DNA of 64,000 nucleotides from Felis catus (lineage: Eukaryota), in NCBI RefSeq assembly GCF_018350175.1, contig NC_058368.1, positions 78,370,001 to 78,434,000 on the forward strand, in the 5' to 3' direction. Position numbers and translations under genes: made by a program. Of this stretch, positions 34,986 to 46,870 are shown one piece after another. Position 1 is the first letter of the stretch. The number at the start of each line of letters is the position of its first letter. The notes beneath the pieces are model-generated. The model saw nothing but the letters and a program-made list of their open reading frames with translations, was not told the DNA's origin and did no database searches.

Positions 34986-37135
34986 TGGCCACGCTATTTG
35001 AATCACTAACTCGCAAAGCTGTCTGCCGACAAGTGCACAAGAAGCCAATTGGGAAGGAAGGAAAATAGTTCATAAAAACGGAGACGATTGTCATTCTGGA
35101 TCCACTGCCTTAAATAGCTGTTACGGGATGACGAGGAAGTGTGTTAAATTGAAACTCCCTCATTTTCATAAAGAAAAGCTCCCCTGTGCCCAGCGATGAC
35201 CAGTGTCCTGCTGTTGCAGGATCCTTGGAAATGGCGAGGCCGCCCCCCGTCTGTGCTGTTCACATGCAGCAGTAATTATGGCTTCGCAAGCTGCTCGTGG
35301 AGGCTTTCTGGTCATCTGCCCCTCTGCGTTCACGGTCTCGGCCACACTTTTTAGCTGCCCGCTTTTTAAGAGTAGTTAACTGGGCCGTAAAGCTGAGTCT
35401 CAATGCCTGTGGCGTAGTATCATCCATGAGAACCGTTCTCTAGGACACCTCAGGTTTGCAATTTTAATCTGCTCTGGGGCAAATCTGTTTAAAACCATTA
35501 AAAACCACAGATTTGTATCTGAGTGCGTGAAGCGCTTCCATACAGAATACCCTGGAAAAAATGTAGGTGGTCCATGTGAGGAGCCCAGCAGAAGACCAGG
35601 CACCTCTTTTACACACTCACTATCTCATGAACAAACTGAGTGTGTCTGTTGTAGAAGGTACAGCTGATAGCTATCATCTGGAAGACTCGAAATAGCCAAT
35701 AACTCAGCATTAGAATTTTAAACAGAACCTACTTGAAAATAGTTCACACTGACTTTATTTTGAGAGTTAGCATTACTTAATGCTCTGTGATCGATAGCCT
35801 TTTCGAAATACTAGATTATCTTCAGTCTTTATAACAACTGATTTCTTCAACAAATAAATTCCAATCTATTTTTTTCTTTCTACTATTTAATGTAGTCATC
35901 AAATGCCTTGCTAATCCTGAAAAGTGTACAATTACCCTTCACAGTACCTGAAACTATGTTCTTTTGTTTGTTGTCTGTCTTAGTCCGTTACAAAAACAAA
36001 CAAACAGACAGACACCCAAGATCCTTGGAGACAGAAACTTTTGTAATTCTGATCACAGCTCTTGTGTGTCTTGAAAGGTGCCTGGCACATCATTAAGTAT
36101 TCAGTAAATAAACACTGACTGTCGCTGAGGAGATCTGGGTGCTTTGGGTTTGATGATGGATGTTAACATATGTAACATAGTTCCTATAATACATTTTCAC
36201 TGCATATTCACGAAAACGCAACTACCTTTTAAATTATTGGTTGAAAGTATTATCAGTTTTGATATTATTTTGTTTGTTGGTTTCTTTGTTTTTTCTCCTC
36301 CTTCCTTTTCCCTCCTATTTTCCTTTTAACATGGGGTCCGTATTGGGGTCCGCATCGTCGTGCTTACTGAGTGTAGCTCCCGAGTTGTGTTTTGTATTCC
36401 TGAATCACAGGACGCATCACAGTAAACTAGGCACACACAGATTTATCGATCAGTTTTGAGAAGCTAAGTACTTTCGTGCTTTTGGTTATAAAGTCAGATA
36501 TGGTCATTTAAGGAAACATGAAATATAGAAGGCTGTAAAAAATAATGTAAATGAGTCCTAATCCTATGGTCTGGACTGAAGAGAAAACTATGTTAGCATA
36601 TAGGCTTTGCTAATGAATGGTGTTTTGTTTTTTATTTTTAACAATGTGTGCATTTTATGTGCACATTTAAGTGTGTACGTGCAGCATACCCACACTGCAC
36701 GGTGTGTGTCGTTTTTTTCTATCTCTATTTTGTGTTTTTGCTTAATGTTATTATAAATAGTTTTCTTTGTCAATACAAGGAAGCAAAACCACTTTTAACC
36801 ATATACTATCCCATCAAGACGACGTGCTATGATTACTTAACTTTTTTTCTTACCACCAGACATTGGTTTCCGTTCAGCGTCTCCATTTTATCGACAGTAG
36901 GTGGTAAACACAGTTATATCTGTTGTCATTCTTTCTGCTCATTTGCTTTAGCTGTTTCTGTTTTCCGGCTGGTGGAATGGTGTAACTGGTTCAGACGTCT
37001 ACCGTGTGATTTGAGGTGTGCATGCCGACGTTAGCATTTTCCCAACATGACATAGTTTTATTTAATACGCGTCCCCCCCCCCCCCCCCCCACATCGTACA
37101 ACCACTTAAAGTCCCTGTAAATCACTGTTTTCCAG

Positions 37136-37248
37136 GCATCGCAAAGCTGGAAGAAGGAGATGAACTCCAACTGGCAATACCGCGGGAAGACGCTAAAATA
37201 TCGCAAGATGGAGATGGCACGTTTTTTGGAGCATTGAAACTTCTGTGA
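37136..37248 (+). CDS. TNFSF13B: BAFF coding exon 6 (to stop)
   Basis: Acceptor ctgttttccag|; (G)IAKLEEGDELQLAIPREDAKISQDGDGTFFGALKLL*; TGA at 37246-37248. Confidence 0.97.
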
Positions 37249-38975
37249 CCTACTTCTACCTTGTTCGCGGCGAATTCCTTCCTTTCTCTGTGCCTCTAAG
37301 GAGAGAACACTTCACTGGAAATGCCAGAGGAAGAAAACCAGGAGTTACCGAACTCTTTTCTGTGAGCTATTTGTTTTGATTTGCTGAACCTAGAGCAAAA
37401 CAGGAAATTGAACAGACAGCCGCAGCCCAGGGGTGTCATGTGAATTACAAGAAATAGAACCCGTTTGAGGAAAGATAGAAGTAGCCCTCTCCCTATAAAA
37501 GCCACGTTGAGCAACTTAGGCATCGCGGCTTGGCTGGTAGCAAACACAGGTTTCCAAGGGGCGATAATCCTATTTCTTCCTAAACAGCATTCCGTTGTGC
37601 GCCGGGGAACAAGTGCCCATGTCCGCAGGACCTTAATTGAGACATTTTGGGAAATCTCAGGATTCATCCCCTCTATGTTAAATATGCCCCCCCCCACCTC
37701 TTCCAGTTAACGTTGTAGGAAGTAAGAAAAAAAAAAACCTGGGGCGCCTGGGTGGCGCAGTCGGTTAAGCGTCCGACTTCAGCCAGGTCACGATCTTGCG
37801 GTCCGTGAGTTCGAGCCCCGCATCAGGATCTGGGCTGATGGCTCAGAGCCTGGAGCCTGTTTCCGAATCTGTGTCTCCCTCTCTCTCTGCCCCTCCCCCG
37901 TTCATGCTCTGTCTCTCTCTGTCCCAAAAATAAATAAACGTTGAAAAAAAATTTATAAAAAAAAAAAAAAAAGGAAAAAAAAACCTTACAGAAATCTTGC
38001 GTTCAACACTTAAAAAAGTAATTAAACAAAGCTTCCATTTAAATGTATTATACGGTTGGACTTAAAATAAAATACAAGCACTATTTAAAGGTTTTTGGTT
38101 TATTTCAAGTTTGCACTTTTTGTCTGTAATATTCCGTATCACCTGATGGAACACCAGATAACACTTACCACGTATTTTTCCTAGCTTATTCAGTTACTTC
38201 AGAAACTTTTCCTGTAGGGTCATTCCAATTCTCATGCACATAAGCATTCAGCGAAAAAATACCTATAATTATTCTGTAAAAATAAAATCTCCGGTAGAAG
38301 TTAATGAGTACGTTTATAATAACAGAATGTATTTTCTCTTGATCTGTTCTTTTTTGTCAACTGCTGCTGGTATCCCAGCCTTTCAAAAGAGCACTCATGT
38401 TATTAGCTTTACAGAAGTCGAGGCTTCACTAAGGTTCTTGGCATCCTGAAGGATGTTACGTGCTGTGTGCTTGTTAAACGGATCCTGATACGCTGGGGAC
38501 GCTATCCTTATTTTTGTCTAATAGGGAATCACGTGTGTGGATGCTGGCATAGCCATCTTATAACGTCAGTCTCCCTTGTTTTGCTTGTTTTTTTTAAAAA
38601 TGTCACTGGTGTAAAGAGTTTACTTCATTCAACAATGTCCTTCTCTAGCTTAAACAGTAAAGGCAAGAATAGACCCTGGGCTACAATAATTCACTCCAGT
38701 CTACACCGAAGTGTTGTTAACAATGTGCTTTTCAAGACAACACAAAGAAGGATTTGTATTTTGCGTTCAAGATTAAACTTTCTGTAGAACTCTGATTTCC
38801 ACGATTTTGGCTTTTTGGTTAAAGTCAAATATATTTTGCAACGTATTTTGTTTTACAAAAGTATAATTAAACAGTATAGGCAGAGCAAGAGTCCTGATCG
38901 AGGAGGTGAGTCATTTTCCTAGTGTTGCTGCTAACGTGAGTCACCAAATAAAAATCTTCAGTGCCTTCTGCCTGG
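37249..38975 (+). other. TNFSF13B: Probable TNFSF13B 3' UTR with several candidate poly(A) signals
   Basis: AATAAA at 37929/37933 (SINE), 38066, 38281 and 38947; the end position is inferred from the distal signal and its U/GU-rich downstream element. Confidence 0.55.
37741..37985 (+). mobile_element. Young felid Can-SINE inside the 3' UTR
   Basis: Full SINE; TSD AAAAAAAAACCT. Confidence 0.95.
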
Positions 38976-39058
38976 CTTTTTTATTGGGTTTGGCTGACAC
39001 CACCCCTCTTTTGGTTTGCCCCCATATAACTAAATGTCATTTTAAAAATTCAGGCAAT

Positions 39059-39285
39059 GGAGTGCCTGATTGGCTCAGTGGGATGAGCGTCATGCTTCAG
39101 CTCAGGTCATGATCTCGCCGTTCCCAAGTTCGAGCTCTGCGTTGGGCTCTGTGCTGACAGCTCAGAGCCTGGAGCCTGCTTCCAATTCTGTGTCTCCCTC
39201 TCCCTTTGCCCCTCCCCTGCTTGTGCTCTGTCTCTGTCTCTCTCTCTCAAAAATAAATAAACATTAAAAAAATATGTTAAAAAAA
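39059..39285 (+). mobile_element. Older Can-SINE
   Basis: Diverged head, CT segment, tail. Confidence 0.88.
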
Positions 39286-40373
39286 GTATTTGAAATTATG
39301 AATATTTTACATATTTCAAACAGGATTTGTTCACATCAATACTATATATATAAAGATCTACACTGAGTATTTCTTGGAGCATATGGTTAAAGAAGGCCAT
39401 GCTACGGATCCACAGGCTTGCACACCAAGCTACTGTGATCGACAGCTGGCCGCCTTGTTCTTCTTTGATGACTTAGCATCATTTATCAGCAGGTGCAGAA
39501 TTCAGCCACATAGACTATACTTACAGTTTAAACCAGCATTGCAATGTGAATCCTGTCTTCCTCGAGTGTGAAACTGTGCAGAAAGTGAGACTGGTTCAGG
39601 GAGTGTATTTAGCAATGAGGACATGGGTCGGAGGTGAGGTGACATGGTGCGGGGGGGTGGTTTCCAGTGCAACGCACCGGTGGCCCCGCTTCCCTCTTTT
39701 CTATCTTGCCCCCAGTTGACTTTAGGAAAAATGAGGTTACCCTAGGACTTCCTGTGACAGCGCTTGCAAGGTTAAGTGTGTGGGCCCAACCAGACTCTCT
39801 GGTCTTAAATGCGAAGTCAGGATCGGGCTAGTAAACAGCTCCTCGAGGGTGTGGACTTGTCGCCTGTCAGGGACAGCCCATCCAGCAGCCAGCAAGTGTC
39901 CACGATGAAGTGACGTGCAGCCCACCTGATGCCTACAGAAATCAGCGGTACTTCTCAGTCCTTGTGCAGAGAGGGGACCTGCCAGCCTGGTTTGCTCTGG
40001 GGGCATCAGCTCACTGATAGAAGAACCGAATAAACCCTTTTGTAGTTTGGGTTGGGAATCCGGCTTGCCCGCCCCGGAGGAGAGGTTGTAACCCCTGAGC
40101 AGCGCCGCAGGACGGGCTTCGGCTCCCTCCTTGCTTTATAGTTTTCCACTCGGTTGCTAAGACAGAAATCTAGACTCATTATGTGAAGCAGGACGTTTAA
40201 ACTTCTTTTTTGAAATACGGAGGTTTTATTTCAAAACATGCATGCAATAAGATGCCATACCTCGGGGGTGCAACTTGGTGACACGTTTTTACAAAGTGGG
40301 CATCCCCCTGTAGCCACCCCCAAATCTAAATAGGGAACACTGTCAGTCCCCCACCGTCCCTCAACCCGGCCCT

Positions 40374-40869
40374 TCTTGCAGAAAAACACTTATTTGGAAA
40401 CAATGCTGGGGGTGTGGCCACAGCAAACCCCCTCAGGCTTAAGGTTCCTCTTAACAATGGAACAGACCCCACCTACTCCCCCTCGGGGTTCCCTCGGGAA
40501 TTTGATGAAAGACATACTTATGGCCGGAGACCACCCCTCCTACAATGGAAAGGAGCCCATCAGGAATGGACAACCCAGCACCTAGAGCGATCCAGCCAGT
40601 AAGGGTAGAGCCTGAAAAGGACCAAGGGGGAAGGGATGGCGGAGGGGGAGGGGTGACCAGAACCTTATAAAGCAAGGACCCTGCCCTACAGTCCTGGCGT
40701 TCACTTTCCAATGTCCCCTCTCAGGAAAGAGAGCTTTGCTACTACTCTTCCCTTCTGATCTTACACTTTTAATAAACTTCTGCCCGATGCTCATTCTGTG
40801 TCCCCCTCTTCCTTCTTCGAAGGGGCGAGACAACGAACCCCGCGTAGTGTGGTGAAAAATCCTGCAACA
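40374..40869 (+). mobile_element. ERV solo LTR (probably ERV1 class)
   Basis: Imperfect inverted termini TCTTGCAG...CTGCAACA, TATAAA 40666-40671, AATAAA 40771-40776; no clear TSD. Confidence 0.75.
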
Positions 40870-40917
40870 TTATCCTGGTGTGATCCTTACCAATATTTAG
40901 AATATAGGACACTTCAT

Positions 40918-41120
40918 GGGCCGACTGGGGGGCTCAGTCGGTTATAAGCGTCCGACTTCGGCCCCGGTCATGATCTCACGGTTTGTGAGTTCGAGCCCCG
41001 CATCGGGCTCTGTGCTGACACCTCAGAGCCTGGAGCCTGTTTCCCATTCTGCGTCTCCCTCTGTCTCTGCCCTTCCCCTGTTCATGCTCTGTCTCTCTCA
41101 AAAATAAATAAACACTAAAA
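40918..41120 (+). mobile_element. Can-SINE
   Basis: SINE body; flanking repeat TTTAGAATATA(G/A)GACACTTC. Confidence 0.9.
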
Positions 41121-41384
41121 AATGTTTTAGAATATAAGACACTTCGTTTTGTATGTGTGAAAAGCTGTTAGGCGGGAGGTCCCTTCTACTTGCTAGATGA
41201 GATGCTGGTTGAATCATTTCATAAAGCTAATTAGATCTTAATAAGTGAATAAATTAGGAAAGAAGGAAAGAAAGAAAAGAAAAAAGAAGAGAAAAGAAAA
41301 AAGAAAAGAAAAGATGTTAGGCAAATTGTTTTCTTTTATCTAATTTTTTAAGGCACACTGGATTTATTGTTTTTTGGGTTTCTT

Positions 41385-41567
41385 TATTTATTTATTTATT
41401 TTGAGAGAGAGAGAAAGTGGAGAGGCAGAGTGAGGGAGAATCCCAAGCAGACCCCGCACCGTCAGCACAGAGCCTGACACGGGGCTCAAACCCACAAACC
41501 GTGAGAAATTGACCTGAGCTGAGACCAAGAGTCAGACGCTTGAGCAACTGAGCCTCCCAGGCGCCCC
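41385..41567 (-). mobile_element. Can-SINE
   Basis: Antisense SINE body. Confidence 0.85.
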
Positions 41568-41934
41568 CACACACTGTCTTTAAAGCTAATCACAAAGATG
41601 GGAACTGATGGGGTAGGAGGGAGGGGCGAGCCCCGTCTGCTGAAGCCACGGTTGATATCCTGTTATGACACCGTCCTGTCCATTGAGACGGGCCCAGGGG
41701 CTAGTCGTTGCAGAGGAGCAAACAACTACACTACCGAACAACCATATGCCTGGTAGGCAGAACAACTTAATTTCTGTGTCTCCCTCTTCCCTCTCTATAA
41801 AACTGGCAGTAACTTCTCACAAAGGCACACACAGGCGCACACACACTTCCACACGCACCCCAGGACCGCACGACCGAAAGCAGCACTTGGCGACGGAGCT
41901 GGCTTCTGGGGCTGCAGAGGCTGCTGTTCCTGGT

Positions 41935-42036
41935 TAGTCCTCTGCTGTCCCCATCTTGAAACTTGTCATACTTTTTGAACAAGGGGCCGTGCCTTCTCAT
42001 TTTGCACTGGGCCCTGAAAATTCCGGAGGGGTCCTG
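41935..42036. mobile_element. MER45-like hAT DNA transposon remnant
   Basis: ttttgaacaaggggcc...tcattttgcactgggccc...ggtcctg resembles my recollection of the MER45 end. Confidence 0.45.
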
Positions 42037-42261
42037 CCTGGAGCTCGCGGAGAGTAGTACAGGGTGGTGGGTGAGGGCTCCTCTCGAGGGCGGTGCCCCT
42101 GGAGTTCAAGGCCCTTTTGGGCTGTTCCCTGGCTGGATTGTTTGGGATTCGGGGGTAGGGGTACTGCTCAGGTGACTGAGTTGTTGGGAGAAATGAACAT
42201 ATGAAAGAACAGAATGGTGCCTGGTATGTTATATGTGTTAAATGTTGTTGCTTAAAAGATA

Positions 42262-42294
<33 letters not shown>

Positions 42295-42432
42295 ACACAC
42301 AGAAGAGGGGTTGCCATTGGAATTCAAAAGAAGTAAAGAGACACGCACTATTTGGTTTTATAAATTAGCAGGAAATTGAAGAAATCTGGTTTTGTTGTTT
42401 GGTTTTAAGTTATCTTGAATAGACCAAAACTA

Positions 42433-42582
42433 AAAGAAGAAGAAGAAGAAGAAGAGGAAGAGGAGGAAGAAGAAGAAGGAGGAGGAGGAGAAGGGGGGGA
42501 GGAGGAGGGAGGGGGAAGGAGGAGGGGAAGGAGGGGGAGGAGGAGGAGGAAGGGGAGAAGAAAGAAACAAGAAAGAGAGAAC
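42433..42582. repeat. (GAA)/(GGA) purine-rich low-complexity tract
   Basis: Seen directly; explains ORF 42415..42681. Confidence 0.93.
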
Positions 42583-43309
42583 AGCCCTCTGCCCCCCCCA
42601 CCCCGGTTTGGGAACACCACTCCGTCCAGCCCTTCTTCAGGTCCCAGAAGAACACCTGTCCTTACCCAACAGTGCCAGTGAAAAACAGTTGCGACTACGC
42701 CCTGCCCTGCACACTAAGCATTTCCGAGGTTCAGGGACAGGTGGGGCAAGAGCATCCGTAGGGACCCGAGGTCATCCTAAATGTAACCTGATAGGAGCGA
42801 AAGAACCGGGATTCAGGGGATCAGGTGCCAGTGGCAAGAAACTCGGAAAGGGGGTGGGGTTTGGTGAGAAAGAAAATGTCCTCAAAAACGATTCTCCTGG
42901 GTCTGGGGACACCCATGCAAGCCCAGCCTGCGGTGTGAGCAGACCAGGGGGCTTTGCTCACACCCCCTCAGGATTGCCCCAACCGCCCCCTTCCAAACCT
43001 GAGGAACAGCTGATCCCCACGCAGGGTCTCACTCATCAGGGAGGGAACGTCCCGTTGGGGTCCGCAGTCACCCACTGGACTAGAAGCCACCCTCGGTGTG
43101 AACAGGGCGGTGTGGGTAAAGCGTTACCTGGAAACGAAAAACAGCCACATTTTTATTTGCATTTCAGATAAGTCTACTGCATAACACGTGGCAATTTGAC
43201 TCCCTTGGAAGATGAGACAAATGGATTCATTTTTAAAGGGTAAACCACAGAGTGGCCAGGGCTGCCAGATTAGAGTTCAAAAACCACAGCAAAAATGAAC
43301 AAGATGTTT

Positions 43310-43497
43310 CTTTCTTTTTTTTATAACATTTATTTATTTTTGAGTCAGAGAGAGACAGAGCATGAGCAGGGGAGGGGCAGAGACAGAGGGAGACACAGAA
43401 TCCGAAGCAGGCTCCAGGCTCTGAGCCATCATGCGGGGCTCGAACCCACGAACCGCGAGATCGTGACCAGAGCTGAGGTCGGTCCCCCAGGCGCCCC
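43310..43497 (-). mobile_element. Can-SINE with two small internal deletions
   Basis: Antisense SINE; flanking ACAAGATGTT repeats. Confidence 0.87.
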
Positions 43498-44390
43498 TGT
43501 ACAAGATGTTCCTAAGCAGCCTTGCCTGCTGAGGTTCCCTCTCCACCACCCTGGGAGCTGTCGTCCAGCCTCGGGGCAAACTCCTGCAGATGAGACAGGC
43601 TGCCTTCGTGTGGGCATCCGCATGTCCTGCAGGCCAGCGGGACCCGGTCTGTGCTCCCACAGGCCCGTCTCCCCACATCCCAGGAGAGGAAGCCCGATGG
43701 GAACACGCACAGGGGGTGGCTGCCTCCCCGGCAGGATCCGTCCAGCCACCTGTCCGCATGGGGGTAATGCTCATCTGTGAAACGCGAGACTAGCTGGAGT
43801 TCCGGCTGCTGGCTGGGCATCGTCGTGGGGAGTGGGCACCACCCCCGTCTCATGAAAGCCCATCCTGCCTTTGCCTGTGCCGTGGAAGTCCCTGCATTCC
43901 CAGCACGACGCCTGACGTCAAAAGCACAGAAATTGTCAACGAATGAAGCATAAAAGAAAGAGAAAGAGAAAAGAAAAAGAAAATTTCGATACAAGAGGAC
44001 AAGATTAAAAAGAAAGACCTCCCCCCGCCCCAAGAAACCCAAAACAAGAGAAGAAGAGGAAGAGGAAGGAAGAAAAGAAGGAAGGGGGTGACGGGAAGAA
44101 GGAAGAAACATTTTCCATATTTAAAGGGCTAGGGAATCAAATTAGAATCAATGCATAGGCCTTACAGGATTGCTTTCTTTTAAAAAATTGTATTAAGGTA
44201 CAAATTCCATCCTGTAAAATTTACTCACTTAAGGTGCAAAACTCAATGGCTTTTTAAAATGAATTTGACGAGCTGTGCAGAAAGTTACATAATTTAATTA
44301 AAAACATTAGGAACTTGAAATTATATTGCCAGGAAGGAAGGGGAGGGGCTTTGAGGAAGATTAAAAAAAAATATTTTAAAGAAAATGTGT

Positions 44391-44610
44391 GGGGCACCTA
44401 GGTGGCTCAGTTAAGTGCCTGACTCTTGATTTTGGCTCAGGTCATGATCTCGGGGTGCGTGAGTTCGGGCTCCGCATCTGACTCTGCACAGACAGTGTGG
44501 ACCTTGCTGGGGATTCTCTCTCTCCTTCTCTCTTTGCTCCTCCCCTGTTCACGCATGCTTTTGATCTCTCTCTCAAAATAAATAAACTTAAAAACATTTA
44601 GAAAAAGGGA
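44391..44610 (+). mobile_element. Older Can-SINE
   Basis: TSD AAGAAAATGTGTG. Confidence 0.88.
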
Positions 44611-45819
44611 AAAGAAAATGTGTGAAGTATATACATATTTTTTAAATTTTAAACTAGATTTAGGTTTATAAGAGGTTACAAAGGCAGCACAGAAAGTTCC
44701 AGATACACCTCACCCAGGCTCCCCTACTGTTAATGTCTTACATCCTCACAACCGAGAAACTAGACGGATTGGCTGAACTCCACACCTGGTTAGGATTTCC
44801 TTGGTATTCCCACTGCTGTCCTTTTTCTTTGCAGAATCCAATCTAGGCTACCACACTGACCTCAGCTGTCCCGTCCCCTTTGTCTCCTCTGGTCTGTGAT
44901 AGTTTCTCAGACTTCGCTTCGTTTCACGGCCCTCGAAGTTTGGGGCAGTGTGGGGCAGCTGCACTGCAGGATGTCCCTCGGTCTGTGCCTGATATTTTCC
45001 TCACAGTTGGAACGGGCTTAGTATGCCTCTGGGGGAAGAAGACCGAAGGGGTCAAGTACCCTTCACCTCCTATCAAACCAGAGATACAGGACCACCTGGC
45101 CTGGTAGTGTTTACTGAGTTCCCAAGAGACCGCTTTTAAAGTCACATGTTTCTCTAGTCGTGAGACTATTTCCCTGTATATGCTGCATTTGTTTGGAAAA
45201 AAACAAAACAAAACACAAAATGTTCTTTTGGGGCAACGGAACGGAGTCCTGCCTTTGCCTTTCTGAGATGTTATACCCACGTGCAACCACGAGAGGGAAG
45301 CACTAGAACAATGAACGTGAACCATCTGCCTTCTACTCCAGGGCAAAGGGAGAAATATTAAGAATGATAAAACCAGGAAATGGAGGAACGGTAAAAGGCA
45401 AACCAGACCCCGTTAGTGTTTTCTCACGTCGTATTCAACTTTCAACGAACATTTGCAGTCTCACAATCTCTACTCTGTCCCTATGTGACGGCCATTGATT
45501 CCTGTCGAGTTGTACGAAATGGTTTGTGAACCTGGGAACCGTGGCAAGGGTAGTATCCCCAAAAGTTGGGGGCAGAGGGAGAGATAATGGCAGGGAGACA
45601 CTGGTGGAGGGAAGGTGAAAAGCAACTCTCTCTCCTAAATTGGCCCAGGATTTGTAGAAATCTCTTCTCATCTCTGACTTCTTACTAGGAAGTGGTTAGT
45701 GATGTAGTCTGATGCCGACACGTGACGTACGACGTCTGCTAGATTTTTAAGCGGCTTGTATATTCACTGCACTGAACCGGTTTGCACTGGTTTCATTAAT
45801 TTGAGTGAAAAAAAAATCA

Positions 45820-46870
45820 ACAGACCATTTTTAGAGCAGTTTTAGGTTTACCGAAAATTAAGCAGGAAGTACAGAGTTCCCACACGCCCAATCACCACTG
45901 TCAATTCCCCCTACTGTTACCATTAGTATTGGTGTGGTAAATTCGCTACTATTATGAACCGACACTGATGCACGATTATTAACTGAAGTTCACAGGTTAC
46001 GTCAGGGCTCACTCTTGGTGTTATACATTCCGTGGGCTTCGACAAATGCAGAAAGTCACGTACCCACCGCTTCAGTGTCACACGGAATCCCTGGCTGCCC
46101 GGAAAGTCCTCTGTGCTTCACCTATTCACCCCTCCCCACTCCAACCCCCTGACAAGTCACTGATCTTTTTGTTGTCTGCCTAGTTTTTTTCTTTTCCAGA
46201 ATATCATACAGTTTGGATCATACCGTATGTAGCTCTCTTCAGACCGGCTTCTTTCACCTGGTAATACGCATTTAAGGTTCTCCAATGCCTTTTTGTGGTT
46301 TGTTGGATTGTTTCTTTTTACTGCTGAATAATATTCCATCGTATGAATGGTCCAGGTTATGTATTTACCTCCTGAAGCACTGAGTTGTTTTCAAATTTGG
46401 GCCATTATGAATAAAGCTGCCATAAACATTTGTGTGCAGATTTCTGTGGGGACATACATTTTCAACTCATTTGGGTAGGTATCAAGGAGCATGATTGCTG
46501 GAACATTATGTGTAAGAGCATGCTTAGCTCTTTAAGACAAGGCCACACTGCCTTCCAAATGGAGGCGCCATTTTGCATCCCCTACAGCCATGAATGAGAG
46601 TACTGTCGCTCCACACCTTCCCCAGTATTTGGTGTTGGATTTGAGTCATTTCATAGGTGAATCCAGTCATCTCCCTGTTTCCATTTGCAATCCCCTCACC
46701 ACACAGGATGTGGAGGAACTTTCACATGGTGTCTGTTACCCACGTGTCCAGTTGGTAAGTTCTTTTTCTTACTGCCGAGCTCTAAAAGCTCTGTGTGTGT
46801 TTTTGCTACAAGTCCTTTGTCAGAGGTGTGTTTTGCTAAGATTTCCTTCTAGTCTGTGATTTCTCTTCAT
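45820..46870 (-). mobile_element. Old L1 (L1M-type) 3' region
   Basis: ttttagagcagttttaggtttac...; minus-strand MEYYSAVKRN...LENLKCVLPGERS; further fragment at about 44640-45110. Confidence 0.8.

Noticed and set aside
42415..43780. ORFs of 88-187 aa in a GC-rich intergenic segment
   Set aside because: Low-complexity, SINE-overlapping or featureless; no splice structure or homology recognised
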